A DNA stretch of 64,000 bases from Torpedo marmorata (lineage: Eukaryota): contig OZ360223.1 in assembly GCA_977017645.1 (NCBI GenBank), positions 118,544,001-118,608,000 on the forward strand, written 5' to 3'. Each line of letters starts with the position of its first letter. Within the stretch, counting starts at the first letter, position 1. The translations under genes were made by a program, and so were the position numbers. Below the pieces are notes generated by a model. It had not been told where the DNA came from. It saw only the letters and a list, made by a program, of their open reading frames with translations, and did no database searches. This document shows, in pieces, positions 1-11,675 of the stretch.

Positions 1-264
1 GGCCGATTGGCCCATCGAGTCTGCTCCGCCATTCTAATCATGAGCTGATCCATTCACCCACTCAGCCCCACTCCACGGCTTTCTCCCCATAAACCTTGAT
101 GCCCTGACTAATCAAATACCTGTCAATCTCTGCATTAAATACACCCAATGACCTCGCTTCCACAGCCGCCTGTGGCAACAAGTTCCATGGACTCACGAGC
201 CTCTGACTAAAGAATTTTTTCCGCATCTCTGTTTTAAATTGATGCCCTTTTATCCTGAAATTAT

Positions 265-500
265 AAAGGTAAAGGTTCCATTATTGTCACGTAATACTAC
301 ATTTAGAATGTAACATACATGAAATTCTTAAATTTTTGTCTACCGTAAGGCAGACAGAGGGTCGCTACTTTGTCCAGCGCCTCTCACAGAAACCTACAGC
401 ACCTGGTGTTCCTTGGCGGTCTCCCCTCCAAGTACTGACCAGTCCTGTGCCTGCTTAGCTTCCGAGATCAGACAATCCCAGTCGTATTCAGGCTATTGGT
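265..500 (-). mobile_element. 5S rRNA-derived SINE (SINE3-like) with a Rex/Babar-like 3' tail
   Basis: Head at 390-500 is the reverse complement of 5S rRNA. The tail reads tctgtctgccttacggtagac...gaatttcatg...tgacaataa...aacctttaccttt on the minus strand. It splits the CR1 sequence aaattat|gccctct. Confidence 0.8.
390..500 (-). pseudogene. 5S rRNA-derived sequence (SINE head, not a 5S array gene)
   Basis: The minus strand reads ...gtctgatctcggaagctaagcaggcacaggactggtcagtacttggaggggagaccgccaaggaacaccaggtgctgtaggttt, colinear with vertebrate 5S rRNA including the box A and box C regions. Many substitutions and an eroded 5' end. Confidence 0.9.
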
Positions 501-2232
501 GCCCTCTTGTCCTAGAATCCCCTACCATGGGAAACATCCTTGCCACATCTACTCTGTCCAGGCCTTTCAGCATTTGAAATGCCTCTATGAGGTCCCCCAT
601 CATCCTTCTGTACTCCAATGAGTACAGTCCAAGAGCCGACAATTGTTCCTCATATACTAACCCTTTCATTCTTGGTATCATTCTAGTAAATCTTCTCTGA
701 ACCTCTCTCTAACGCCAGGACATCTTTTCTCAAATACGGCACCCAAGACTGTACACAGTACTCCCAGTGAGGTCTCATCAGTGCCTTATAGAGTCTCAAC
801 ATTACATCCCTGATCTTGTATGCTATCCCTCTCGAAAATTGCATTCGCCTTCTTTACCACCCACTTAACCCGGAGGTCAACCTTTAGGGTATCCTGCACG
901 AGGATTCCCAAGTCCCTTTGCACCATGGAATTTTGAATTTTCTGCCCATCTAAATAATAGTCTGCCTGTCTATTTCTTCCACCAAAGTGCATGACCGTAC
1001 ACTTTCCAACATTGTATTTCATCTGCCACCTCTTTGCCCATTCTTCTAATCTATCCAAGTCTCTCTGCAGCCTTTCGGTATCCTCAGTATCACCTCCCCC
1101 ACCACCTATTTTGGTATCATCTGCAAATTTAGACACAGTCATCTATTCCACAATCCAAATCATTTATATATAAAGTAAAAAGAAGCGGCCCCAACACCGA
1201 CCCCTGCGGAACACCACGAAACCAGTAGCCAACCAGAATAGGATCCCTTTATTCCTACTCTGTTTCCTGATGACCAGCGAATGCGTTCACCATGCTAGTA
1301 TCCTTCCTGTAATTTCATGGTCTCTCATCTTGTTAACAGCCTCATTTGTGGCACCTTGTCGAAGGCTTTTTGAAAGTCCAAATACACAACATCCACTGCA
1401 TCTCCCCTGTCTATCCTACTTGTGATCTCTTCAAATAATTGCAATAGGTTTGTCACGCATGATTTTCCTTCAAGGAAACCATGCTGACTTGGGCATATCT
1501 TTTCATGCACCTCCAGGTATTCTGTAACCTCATCCTTGACAATCGATTCCTTGACACTCTTGATAAAAGAGAGTTTGGTTATCAGCCTTCCCTGTTACAA
1601 CTGATGAAAATGGAGATGCAATGAAATATACTTCCTCTGGACTGAGGTTCTTTACTCATTCCCAATCACCTCGTCCATTCACTCCACCTTTTCATACTCC
1701 ATAACTCTTCCCATTTACCCCCCCAAATTCCATTCTCTCCATCTATTTTCTTTGAACCCTTTACTGAATAATGATGTACTGATTTCCCACTTTGAAAAGA
1801 CTGGTGCAGGCAAACCCAATTGTATCTGTGCACCTCATGGGAGATGTGGCCAAACCTTGTTTATGTGGAGCCACATGCATGTGACTGTGGTCATCAATGG
1901 AGCATATTGCCTCTGATAATTTTCTTCACTCTTTGGTTACTGTTGCGAGATTGAAGCTCTTTGTATATGTTTCTTTCAGCCGTACAATAAAGATCATTCA
2001 TGCACAGTCTAACCCCTCAGATGAAGAATTTGAAGTGTGGGACACGTGTGTATGTGGAACATGGGTGGGTTCATTTTCAGGAAAAGAAAATGGCAATGGA
2101 GGCTAGGTAAGGAAAATAAATAATAAACATGTACAGGGTGCAAATGCTGAAAGATAAAGGAGTGGAATAAGTACACCAGGTTGCTGGGTGCTGTATCTTA
2201 CAATGTAACAAGCATCAACATTTTGGAGGCAT

Positions 2233-2790
2233 GTTTTTTTGTTTTTTTTGAATATTTTATTTTAAGTTTTTAAATTTTTCACACAGTAATACAATGTATA
2301 TAGTATACATTATTGATTCCAGTAAATAAAAAAAACATAATTTGTATTACATAGTGTATGTAACCCATCCCTTAACCCCCCAACCCTTTATATCTTCCAA
2401 ACATTTCAATTGAAATTATTAATTAGTATTAAATGTTAAATATTTCTACCCCACCCTCCACCCTTCCCCTTCCTTTAATTCCCTCCCCTGACTAAAAACT
2501 AAAAAGTAATCAGAAAAGAAGGCATTAGTATTACTTATTAAAACATCTGTACGGATCGCTGCTGGGTCCACAGCTCGACGCATGGTATTCAACATTATTT
2601 TTATTATTTAAATTTGAGAGAGTCAACAGGGTCTAGGATGTAGAGCAACACATTTAAATATTCATACCTAATGATTGGATATATGGATGCCAAATTTGCA
2701 AAAAGACCCCATATTTATTTCTCATATTATATGTTATTTTTTTCCAATGGAATACAACTCCGCATCTCTGTATTCCATCTATTCCCTAAC
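2233..2790 (-). mobile_element. L1/Tx1-like LINE 3' fragment
   Basis: T-rich end at ~2235. Minus-strand translation WNTEMRSCIPL(E)KITYNMRNKY..F.QIW.PY resembles the L1 ORF2 C-terminus and the fragment at 20220-21016. Confidence 0.65.
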
Positions 2791-3434
2791 TCCAGTAGTG
2801 CCAAGGAGTCTTAAAACATTCTGCCCAGTTATTCACCGAATATTTATTTTCATTAAATAGATACCATATCATGGTAAGTAGGAGAGGAATTCGCAGAAAT
2901 TCCAAGTGCACGTAATTGTTTTCTTTTGACACATTTGAAGAGCATGGCAGATGGAAGTAATTTGCTATTATACCAGTCCAGTCCAATGATGCATATTTGC
3001 ACTGGAGATTACATGGTTAAAGCCATTGAGGGAAAATGAAAAACTCTGCAAATCCTATCCAGCAGACTATGCAGGAGAAAGCGGAGAGGTTGCAGCCTCT
3101 GATTAATATACTTGTACATGAGCAGGAGCACCTTCTGGCAAAAGCCATCCACCTTTAATTTACAATTAATTATTCCAGTACATGGCCCCAAAATCAGAAC
3201 AGTGTATCTTTATTAAAATATTATTGGTGTGTTCTGGGGCTTTTGAGCCTTGATCAGCAAGGTTGATGAATAACATAAATCTGATCAGTGGAATTTCATG
3301 GTAAAAATTTCAGGATTTTATTAAAACCATTTCATAAACAATCCTGTGGTTATGGTTACAAGGTTCCACTTTATTTTGAAAATCTCAGGATACACCCTTT
3401 GGGTTCACAGGCTTTAAAAATGCATGGGAGGTTT

Positions 3435-4207
3435 CAAACGGCAATGAGGAAGTGTACAGGAGGGAGATAGATCAGCTCGTCAAATGGTGTAATGACAACA
3501 ACCAAGGAGATGATTGTGGACTTCAGGAGGAAGTCAGGGGAACACGACCCAGTCCTTATCGAGGGCTCAGTAGTGGAGAGGGTCAAGAACTTCAAATTCT
3601 TGGGTGTCAACATCTCCGAGGATCTGTCCTGGAGCCTCCACTTTGATGCAATCACAATGTACAGCGGCTATACTTTGTGAGGTGTCTGCGGAGATTCGGT
3701 ACGTCACCGAAGACTCTCGTAAACTTCTACAAGTATACCATGGAGAGCATTCTGGCTGGTTGCATCACTGCCTGGTATGGAGGCGCCAACTCTCAGGACA
3801 AGAATAAACTCCAGAGGGTTGTTAACTCGGCCTGTGACATCACAGGCACCAAACTTCACTCCATCGAGGACATCTACATGAGGCGATATCTTAAAAAAGC
3901 AGCCTCTATCCTCAAAGACCCCCAACACCCAGGCCATGCCCTCTTCACTCTGCTACCATCGGGAAAAAGGTACAGGAGCCTAAAGACGAGCACTCAACGG
4001 CACAAGGACAGCTTCTTCCCCGCTGCCATCAGATTCCTGAATAATCAATGAACCAAAGACACTGCCTTACTTTTCATGCACTATTATTTATATTTTTTTA
4101 TAGTAATTTCGTAAGATGGTTATAATATGAATGTTTGCACTATGATGCTGCCGCAAAACACTGAATTTCATGACTTGTTCATGACAATAAATTCTGATTC
4201 TTATTCT
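3435..4207 (+). mobile_element. Rex1/Babar LINE, 5'-truncated
   Basis: [24 protein letters not shown] and [20 protein letters not shown] motifs, and a 3' UTR ending tgacaataaattctgattcttattct. Near-identical to the other copies in the window. Confidence 0.92.
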
Positions 4208-5338
4208 AAGTGGCTTTGAAAGGAAAGCATGCACGGTTAAATAAAAATAAGATCCTTCTTGGGTAGTGAGGTCTGATTGGACTTACTCCATGGACAACCA
4301 ATGTGTCACTCTCCAGCCCCCTAACTCTTTCCATCAATCACCTGCACTATATACTCAGCAGGAAGAAGCTGATTGGGCAATTGAGCTCAAGTGACCCAAG
4401 CATCACTATAAATGTGAGGGACTATGTAGCAGAGCGGTCATCGAGGGAGCAGTCATCGTTGGAGTGGTCTGAGTGGTAAGGCTTTGGCTCATGGGGCTTC
4501 AGTGAGAAGAGGGTGAGGTGGTGGTGCAGGAATTGAAGTAAGGGTCACCCTGTTCAAGGAACAAAAAGGATACAGCAGGTAGACACAGGTCAGGGAAGGT
4601 TTATATTTATCTTAAATATTTTTTTTAGTCATAGTGGGAATGGCAACCAAGGCAGGAGAATGCTCCTCTTGCAGAATGTGGGTAGTCAGGGAAGCCAGCA
4701 GTATTCCTGTCGACTTCATCTGCGAGAAGTGCATCCAGCTGCAGCTCCTTACAAACCAAAATAGGGAATTGTAGCTGGAGTTGGATGAATTCCGGATCAT
4801 TCAGGAGGCTGAGGGGGTGATAGACAGGAGTTACAGGGACACTATCACACTAAGGAGGCAGGAGGAGAGTAGATGTGTGACAGGAAAGAGAAAGGGAACA
4901 GGCAGGCAGTGCAGGGCACACCTGTGGCCATTCCCCTCAATAACAAGTATACCATTTTGGACACTTGCTGGAATGACCTACCAGGGAGGAGCCACGGTGA
5001 TCAGGTCTCTGGTACGGAGTCGTCTTGTGGCTAAGAAGGGAAGGGAGGAGAAGAGGCAAGCTGTAGTGCTAGGGGATTCCATAGTTAGAGGAACAGATAA
5101 GAGGTTCTGTGGAAGAGATCGGGAATCCTGGATGGTATGTTGCTTCCCTGGTGCCAGGGTCCGGGATATCTCAGATCGAGTTCAAGGCATTCTCAGGAGG
5201 GAAGGTGAGCAGCCAGATATCGTGGTCCATGTAGGGACCAATAACGTATGTAGGAAGGGTGATGAGGTCCTGCATAGAGAGTTCAGGGAGTAAGGCACAA
5301 AGTTGAAGTTCACGACCTCCAGGGTTGTGATCTCAGGA

Positions 5339-6198
5339 GCTGCCGGAGCCGCTGTAGTGGCAGCGCTGCCACAGGTGCGGACCCACGGGGAGCTAGGGAG
5401 TGGAGATGCAGTGCTCCCATGGGGTCCAGCTGCTCAGTCGACTGCCGTCGGCTCCGCACGGGCTTTGAACGGCCCGTTGAGGGAGCCGAATGTGGTTTTA
5501 TTTGAGATCCCGCGACCGCGAGGTCTGCGCCCAAGATGGCAGCGCCTATTATTTGGCAGCAGCCACGAGGGGCTGCAGGCTCCGGGGAAGCGGAGGACTG
5601 GAGCAGAGCACCAGAGGACGGAAAGATCACTCCCCCCCCCCCCAGTCTGAGAAGGAGAAGCAGAGGAGACGACCCACGGGACGGTGACCACGGCGGCGGA
5701 CCAGTGAGGGGCTCTGAGGCTGAAGGACCAGTGCATGCGGTGGGCTGCTGGCGACTTGAGGCGAGGAACTCGCGGAGGCTGTAGGCTGCTGGAGACTGCT
5801 GTCGGGGGACTCACGCCGGGCTGCGGACTGCTGGAGACTGGCTCGAACTGGCTGGAGGAGTACCAGGTATCGGAACCGGGATACGAGGGGGTGCTGAGGG
5901 TGCCAAAGGTTTTCTGACCGTGTCGGAGTTTCGGATCTGGAGCTTGAGTTGCTGATGGTTTGGACTGGACTCTGTGTGGCTGCGGAGGCTGTGGAAGCGC
6001 TGGAGGTGAATCTATGGACACTCGGTGACTCTGGGGGGACTCTCTTTTGCTTCTCTTTCTCTAACTGTAAGGAATGTTAGAGGTGCTTAGGCAATTTCTG
6101 CCGGTGGCGAATCTGTCTGCCTTACAGCAGGCAAAAAGAAATTTCATGTAATATGACACTGTTTTATTACTATGACAAATTGAATCTTGAAATCTTGA
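5339..6198 (+). mobile_element. GC-rich non-autonomous retroelement, copy 1 (Rex-like tail)
   Basis: Cleanly splits CR1 ORF1 (atctcagga|...|ttgctacccgtgccacg). Highly similar to 39626-40476 and to the reverse complement of 23800-24613. Ends gtctgccttacagcaggc..aatttcatg..atgacaaattgaatcttga. Confidence 0.85.
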
Positions 6199-7300
6199 TT
6201 GCTACCCGTGCCACGTACTAGTGAGGTTAGAAATAGGAGGATAATGCAGCTTAACACGTGGCTAAAGACATGGTGCAGGAGGGAGGGCTTCAGGTTTCTG
6301 GATCATTGGGCCCTCTTCCAGGGATGGTGGCACCTTTTCTGACAGGATGGTTTGCATCTGAACTGAAGGGGGACTAATATCCTTGCGGGAATGTTTGCTC
6401 ATGCTGCTCCGGTGGGTTTAAATCAGATTTGCAGTGAGATGGGAACCAGAGTGCAAGAAGTATTGTAGGAGCATGGATTGGCACGTGGAATTCTGACATT
6501 GTAGCCATTCGTGAAACTTGGTTGCAGGAGGAGCAGGACTTTCGTTGTTTTGGATGTGATAGAGCGGGGGTGGGGGAGGGGTGGATGAAGGGGGGATGAG
6601 TGGCATTGCTCATCAGGGAAAATATCACAGCAGTGCTCAGGCAGGACAGACCAGAAGGCTTGTATTCTGAGGCTATATGAGTGGAGCTGAGAAACAGAAA
6701 GTATTGACCACACTCATGGGGTTGTATTATAGACCGCCCAATAGAAAATGAGAATTGGAGGAGCAAATCTAGAGGGTGACAGCAGACAGCTGCAGGAAAC
6801 ATAAGGTTGTGATAGTAGGAGATTTTAACTTTCCACATATTGACTGGGACTCCCATACTGTAAAAAGGCTGGATGGCTTGGAGTTTGTCATATATATTTA
6901 GGAAAGTTTTCTGAATCAAAATATAGAGGTACCAACTAGAGAGAGTGCATTACTAGATCTCCTATTAGGGAACGAGACAGGACAAGTGACAGAAGTATGT
7001 GTAGGGGAACATTTTAGGTCCAGTGACCATTGTTGCAAGCTTCTGTTATTTTTTTTTTAGTTGAGTGTTACTTTGGGGGCTGGAGCAGGGTGAAAAACAC
7101 TCACAGATTTCATAACAACCTTTTTACAGACAGACTGGCACCCTTAAGTGATATTGAGTCCAAACCATAAACAGAGTTAATGGTTTCAACTCAGAACCCA
7201 GAACAATGGATTGTTTACTCAAGGAAAGACATCTGGTGAGAAGAGAAATCATATGATGATGAGTCATGTTTTTGGGACATTGAAACAGAAACCAGTATTG

Positions 7301-8640
7301 ATCAATAGACAATAGACAATAGGAGCTGGAGTAGGCCCTTCGGCCCGTCGAGCCAGCACCGCCATTTTACAGATCATGGTTGATCACTACTATCAGTACC
7401 CCTTACCAGCCTTATCCCCATAACCCTTAACTCCTCTGCCCACTAGAGTCTTATCGAACTCTCTTTTGAACATAATCAGCGAATCTGCCTCTACCACCCT
7501 CTGTGGCAGAGCATTCCACAGATTCACACTTCTCTGGGTAAAAAAATGTTTCCTCATCTCCGTCCTAAAGGGCCTTCCCTGTATTCTTAAACTATGCCCT
7601 CTAGTCCTCGTCTCTCCCATCATTGGGAACAAGTAATCTGACTTCACCCTGTCTATCCCCTTGATAATTTTGTATACCTCAATCATGTCCCCCCTCATCC
7701 TTCTAAACTCCATCGGATATAAGTCCAGTTTATCTAACCTTTCAGCATATGTCAACCCTGCCATCCCTGGAACTAACCTTGTACATCTGCGCTGCACACC
7801 CTCTATAGCTAGTATGTCCTTCCTCAAATTTGGAGACCAGAACTGGACGCAATACTCCAGGTGGGGTCTCACCAGGGCCCTGTACAACTGCAGAAGGGCG
7901 TCTCTGCTCCTATACTCTAATCCCCTCTTTATGAAAGCCAACATGCCATTTGCCTTCTTCACAGCTTTCTGAACCTGCATGTTAGCCTTCAGTGACCGGT
8001 GAACAAGCACACCCAGATCCATCTGCACTTCCCCACTCCCTAGCTTGTCTCCATTTAAATAATACTCAGCTTTCCTATTACTGCCCCCAAAATGGATAAC
8101 CTCACATTTGCTCACATTGAACTTCATCTTCCATTCTTCAGCCCACTCCCCCAACCTGTCCAAGTCCCTCTGCATTTTCCTGACATCCTCTTCACACTTT
8201 ACACCGCCACCCAGTTTAGTGTCATCTGTAAATTTGCTCATGTTATTAATAATCCCATCATCCAAATCATTTACATAAATGACAAACAACTGAGGACCCA
8301 ACACCGATCCCTGCGGCACTCCACTCGTCACATCCTGCCATCCTGAAAAAGACCCGCTAACCCCAACCCTTTGTTTCCTATTTCTTAACCAACTTCCTAT
8401 CCATGTCAGCACCTTACCTTCAATACCATGCTCCCTGATCTTGCCCACTAGTCTCCCGTGCGGTACCTTATCAAAGGCCTTCTGGAAGTCCAAATACACC
8501 ACATCCACTGGCTCTCCCAAGTCCACCCTTTTTGTCACATCTTCGAAAAATTCCAGAAGGTTAGTCAAGCATGACTTACCCTTAAGGAATCCATGCTGAC
8601 TAGCCCTTATACTATTATTTCTGCCTAAGTGTTCTGCTAT
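7301..8640 (-). mobile_element. Young 5'-truncated CR1 LINE nested in the solo LTR
   Basis: (ATTGTCT)n tail at ~7303-7320 and an uninterrupted RT ORF. Confidence 0.9.
7393..8568 (-). CDS. CR1 ORF2 reverse transcriptase, C-terminal 391 aa (truncated retroelement ORF)
   Basis: VYLDFQKAFDKVPH, GVPQGSVLGP, SKFTDDTKLGG (the usual FADD is altered to FTDD), LYRALVRPHLEYCVQFWSP. Confidence 0.85.
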   Translation of the reverse strand: MTNLLEFFEDVTKRVDLGEPVDVVYLDFQKAFDKVPHGRLVGKIREHGIEGKVLTWIGSWLRNRKQRVGVSGSFSGWQDVTSGVPQGSVLGPQLFVIYVNDLDDGIINNMSKFTDDTKLGGGVKCEEDVRKMQRDLDRLGEWAEEWKMKFNVSKCEVIHFGGSNRKAEYYLNGDKLGSGEVQMDLGVLVHRSLKANMQVQKAVKKANGMLAFIKRGLEYRSRDALLQLYRALVRPHLEYCVQFWSPNLRKDILAIEGVQRRCTRLVPGMAGLTYAERLDKLDLYPMEFRRMRGDMIEVYKIIKGIDRVKSDYLFPMMGETRTRGHSLRIQGRPFRTEMRKHFFTQRSVNLWNALPQRVVEADSLIMFKREFDKTLVGRGVKGYGDKAGKGY

Positions 8641-10446
8641 TGGAATGGCTCTGTGAAATGGCCACCTCTGCTGCTTCTCTTTGTCAGGGAAAACGGTGAA
8701 CCACCGTGACCATTGTAATGGTCATTTTTGATTGACCCATATCTGGGTAAAAGAAGCAGGAGAATTTCTTCATTGGATCGTGACCTTTCTGATGGTTATT
8801 TTGTCTGACCCTTGCCTGGGTCTTTGAAAGCATCGTGGAAGTCACACGTTTTGTTTCCCCTATGCAAGGAAGAGGGGAGTTGTGACGATCATTCATATGA
8901 AAGAACATTTCTCTGGAAGCAACTCGACAAGGATTTCTGCGTTTTGAACAGTCTGATCACTCAGTGTCTCATCTACTTCATAATTACTTCTGAACATCAG
9001 TTTAAAGGTTCTGTGTTTCAACACAGGATTTCTAAGACTGAACTTTGAATTGACTTTCCAGAATTGTGCCTAAGCTGTAATGGTTTGGGTAATCCACACA
9101 CACACACACAGGTATATTTGCGCATAGTTCGGGTTAAGTTTAGATTTAAGTAAGATGTTATATTATTAGTAATTATTAATAAAAATATTGTTTTAAAAAT
9201 GACATTTAATTTCTATTGCTGCTGGTCTATGACGTAACACCATAATGCCATTAATTTCAAGTTAATTATGGAGAAAGATAGGTCTGGGCCTTGGGTTGAG
9301 GTTCTCAATTGGAGAAAGGCCAACTTTGAAAAAATGAGAAAATATTTAGTATGCGTGGATTGGGATTAGTTGTTTCCTGGCAAGGATGTGCGAGGAAAGT
9401 GGAAGACCTTCAGAGGTGAAATTTTGCGAGTACAGAGTTTGTATGTTCCTATCAGGATAAAAGGCAAAGCTAATAGGCATAGGGAACCTTGGTTTTTGAG
9501 GGCATTGGGGATCTGGGTTGGAAGAAGAGAAAGGTGTATAGCAGGTATAGGCAACATGGAGCAAATGAGGTACTTAAGGAGTATAAAAAATGCAAGAAAA
9601 ACCTCAAGAAATAAATCAGGAAGGCTAAAAGAAGACATGAGGTTGCTCTGGCAGACAATGTGAAGGAAAATCCAAAGGTTTCTACAGGTATATTAAGAGC
9701 AAAAGGTCAGGGACAAAATTGGCCCCCTTGAAGATCAGTGTGCTGGCTATGTATGGAGCCAAAAGAGATGGGGGAGATTTTAAATGTTTTATTTGCATCA
9801 GTATTTACTCAAGAAATTGGCACAGCATCAAGGGAAGTTAGGAAAACAAGCAGTGAGGTAATGGAACTGATACAGATTAAATAGGAGGAGGTGCTTGCTG
9901 TCTTAAAGCAAATAAGGGTGGATAAATCCCCAGGGCCTGACAAGATATTCCCTCGGACATTGTGGGAGGTGAGTGTAGAAATTGCCAGGGCTCTGGCAGA
10001 AATATTTAAAATGTCCTTTGCCTCGAGTGTGGTGTTGTAGGATTGGTGGGTTCATGTTGTTTTATCATTTAAAAATGGCTCCAAAAGTAATCCTGGAAAT
10101 CATAGGCCGCTGAGCCTGACGTCAGTGGTAGGTAAATTATTGGAAGTTGTTCTAAGAGAACGGATATACAAGTATTTGTATAGCCAAGGACTGATAAGGG
10201 ATAGTCAACATGGCTTTGTGCATGGTAGTTCGTGTTTAACCAAACTTATAGAGTTTTTCAAGGAGGTTACCAGAAAAGTTGATGAAGGAAAGGCTGTGGA
10301 TGTTGTCTACATGGACATTAGTAAGGCCTTTGACAAGGTCCCACATGGGAGGTTAGTCAGGTAGGTTCAGATGGTCGGTATTCATGGTGAGGTAGTAAAT
10401 TAGATTCGACATTGGCTATGCGGGAGAAGCCAGAGAGTAGAGGTTT

Positions 10447-11675
10447 AGAATCAGAATCAGAAGCAGAATTTATTGTCATGAACAAGTCATGAAATTCGGT
10501 GTTTTACAGCAGCATCATAGTGAAAACATTCATATTATAACCATCTTACGAGATTACTATAAAAAATTATAAATAATAGTGCACGAAAAGTAAGGCAGTG
10601 TCTTTGGTTCATTGATTATTCAGGAATCTGATGGCAGCGGGGAAGAAGTTGTCCTTGTGCCGTTGAGTGCTCGTCTTTAGGCTCCTGTACCTTTTTCCCG
10701 ATGGTAGCAGAGTGAAGAGGGCATGGCCTGGGTGGTGGGGGTCTTTGAGGATAGAGGCTGCTTTTTTAAGACACCGCCTCATGTAGATGTCCTTGATTGA
10801 GTGAAGTTTGGTGCCTGTGATGTCACAGGCCGAGTTAACAACCCTCTGGAGTTTACTCTTGTCCTGAGAGTTGGCGCCTCCATACCAAGCAGTGATGCAA
10901 CCAGCCAGAATGCTCTCCACGGTACACCTGTAGAAGTTTACGAGAGTCTTTGGTGACATACCGAATCTCCTCAGACACCTCACAAAGTATAGCCGCTGAC
11001 GAGCCTTCTTTGTGATTGCATCAACGTGGAGGCTCCAGGACAGATCCTCGGAGAAGTTGACACCCAGGAATTTGAAGTTCTTGACCCTCTCCACTACTGA
11101 GCCCTCGATGAGGACTGGGTCGTGTTCCCCTGACTTCCTCCTGAAGTCCACAATCATCTGCTTGGTTTTGCTGATGTTGAGCTCAAGGTTGTTGTCTTTA
11201 CACCATTCAACGAGCTGATCTATCTCCCACCTGTATACTTCCTCATTGCCGTTTGTGATTCTGCCGACAACTGTGGTGTCATCGGCAAACTTGTAGATGG
11301 CATTGGAATTGTGCCTGGCCACACAGTCATGGGTGTATAATGAGTAGAGCAGTGGACTAAGCATGCATCCTTGGGGTGCGCCTGTGTTGAAAATCAGTGA
11401 GGAGGAGACTTTGTTTCCAATTCGTACTGACTGTGGTCTTCCGATGAGAAAGTCAAGGATCCAGTTGCAGAGGGGGGTACAGAGGCCTAGAGTTTGTAGC
11501 TTCTTGACCAGCACTGAGGGAATAATGGTATTGAAGGCTGAGCTGTAGTCGATGAAGAGCAGCCGTATGTATGAATTGCTGTTTTCGAGGTGATCCAGAG
11601 CTGAATGGAGAGCCAGCAATATTGCATCTGCTGTGGAGCGATTGTGACGATAGGCGAATTGCAGTGGGTCCAGAT
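10447..11675 (-). mobile_element. Rex1/Babar LINE, 5'-truncated, with an open 336-aa RT ORF (10609-11619)
   Basis: [19 protein letters not shown] and KFADD motifs, and an (ATTCTG)n tail. Splits the host CR1 ORF2. Confidence 0.93.

Larger units (their letters stand above)
1..1550 (-). mobile_element. CR1-clade LINE, decayed 3' part of ORF2 (RT) plus 3' UTR, interrupted by a SINE at 265-500
   Basis: Minus-strand ORF pieces carry CR1 RT motifs (SQHGF..GKSCVTNLL, VDVVYLDFQKAFDKVP, SKFADDTKIGG, LGLYSLEYRRM.GDLIE). Frameshifted. Confidence 0.9.
7031..9239 (+). mobile_element. Solo LTR (~870 bp net) interrupted by a CR1 fragment
   Basis: TGTTGC...GTAACA termini with a 4-bp TSD CCAT (7027-7030, 9240-9243) inside the CR1 SDHN codons. 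The 3' end ((CA)n, AATAAA, gctggt..gtaaca) resembles the Gypsy LTRs at 55622/61366. Confidence 0.8.

Noticed and set aside
390-500. Functional 5S rRNA gene
   Set aside because: It is single, diverged and 5'-eroded, is fused to a retroposon tail and lies inside a CR1.
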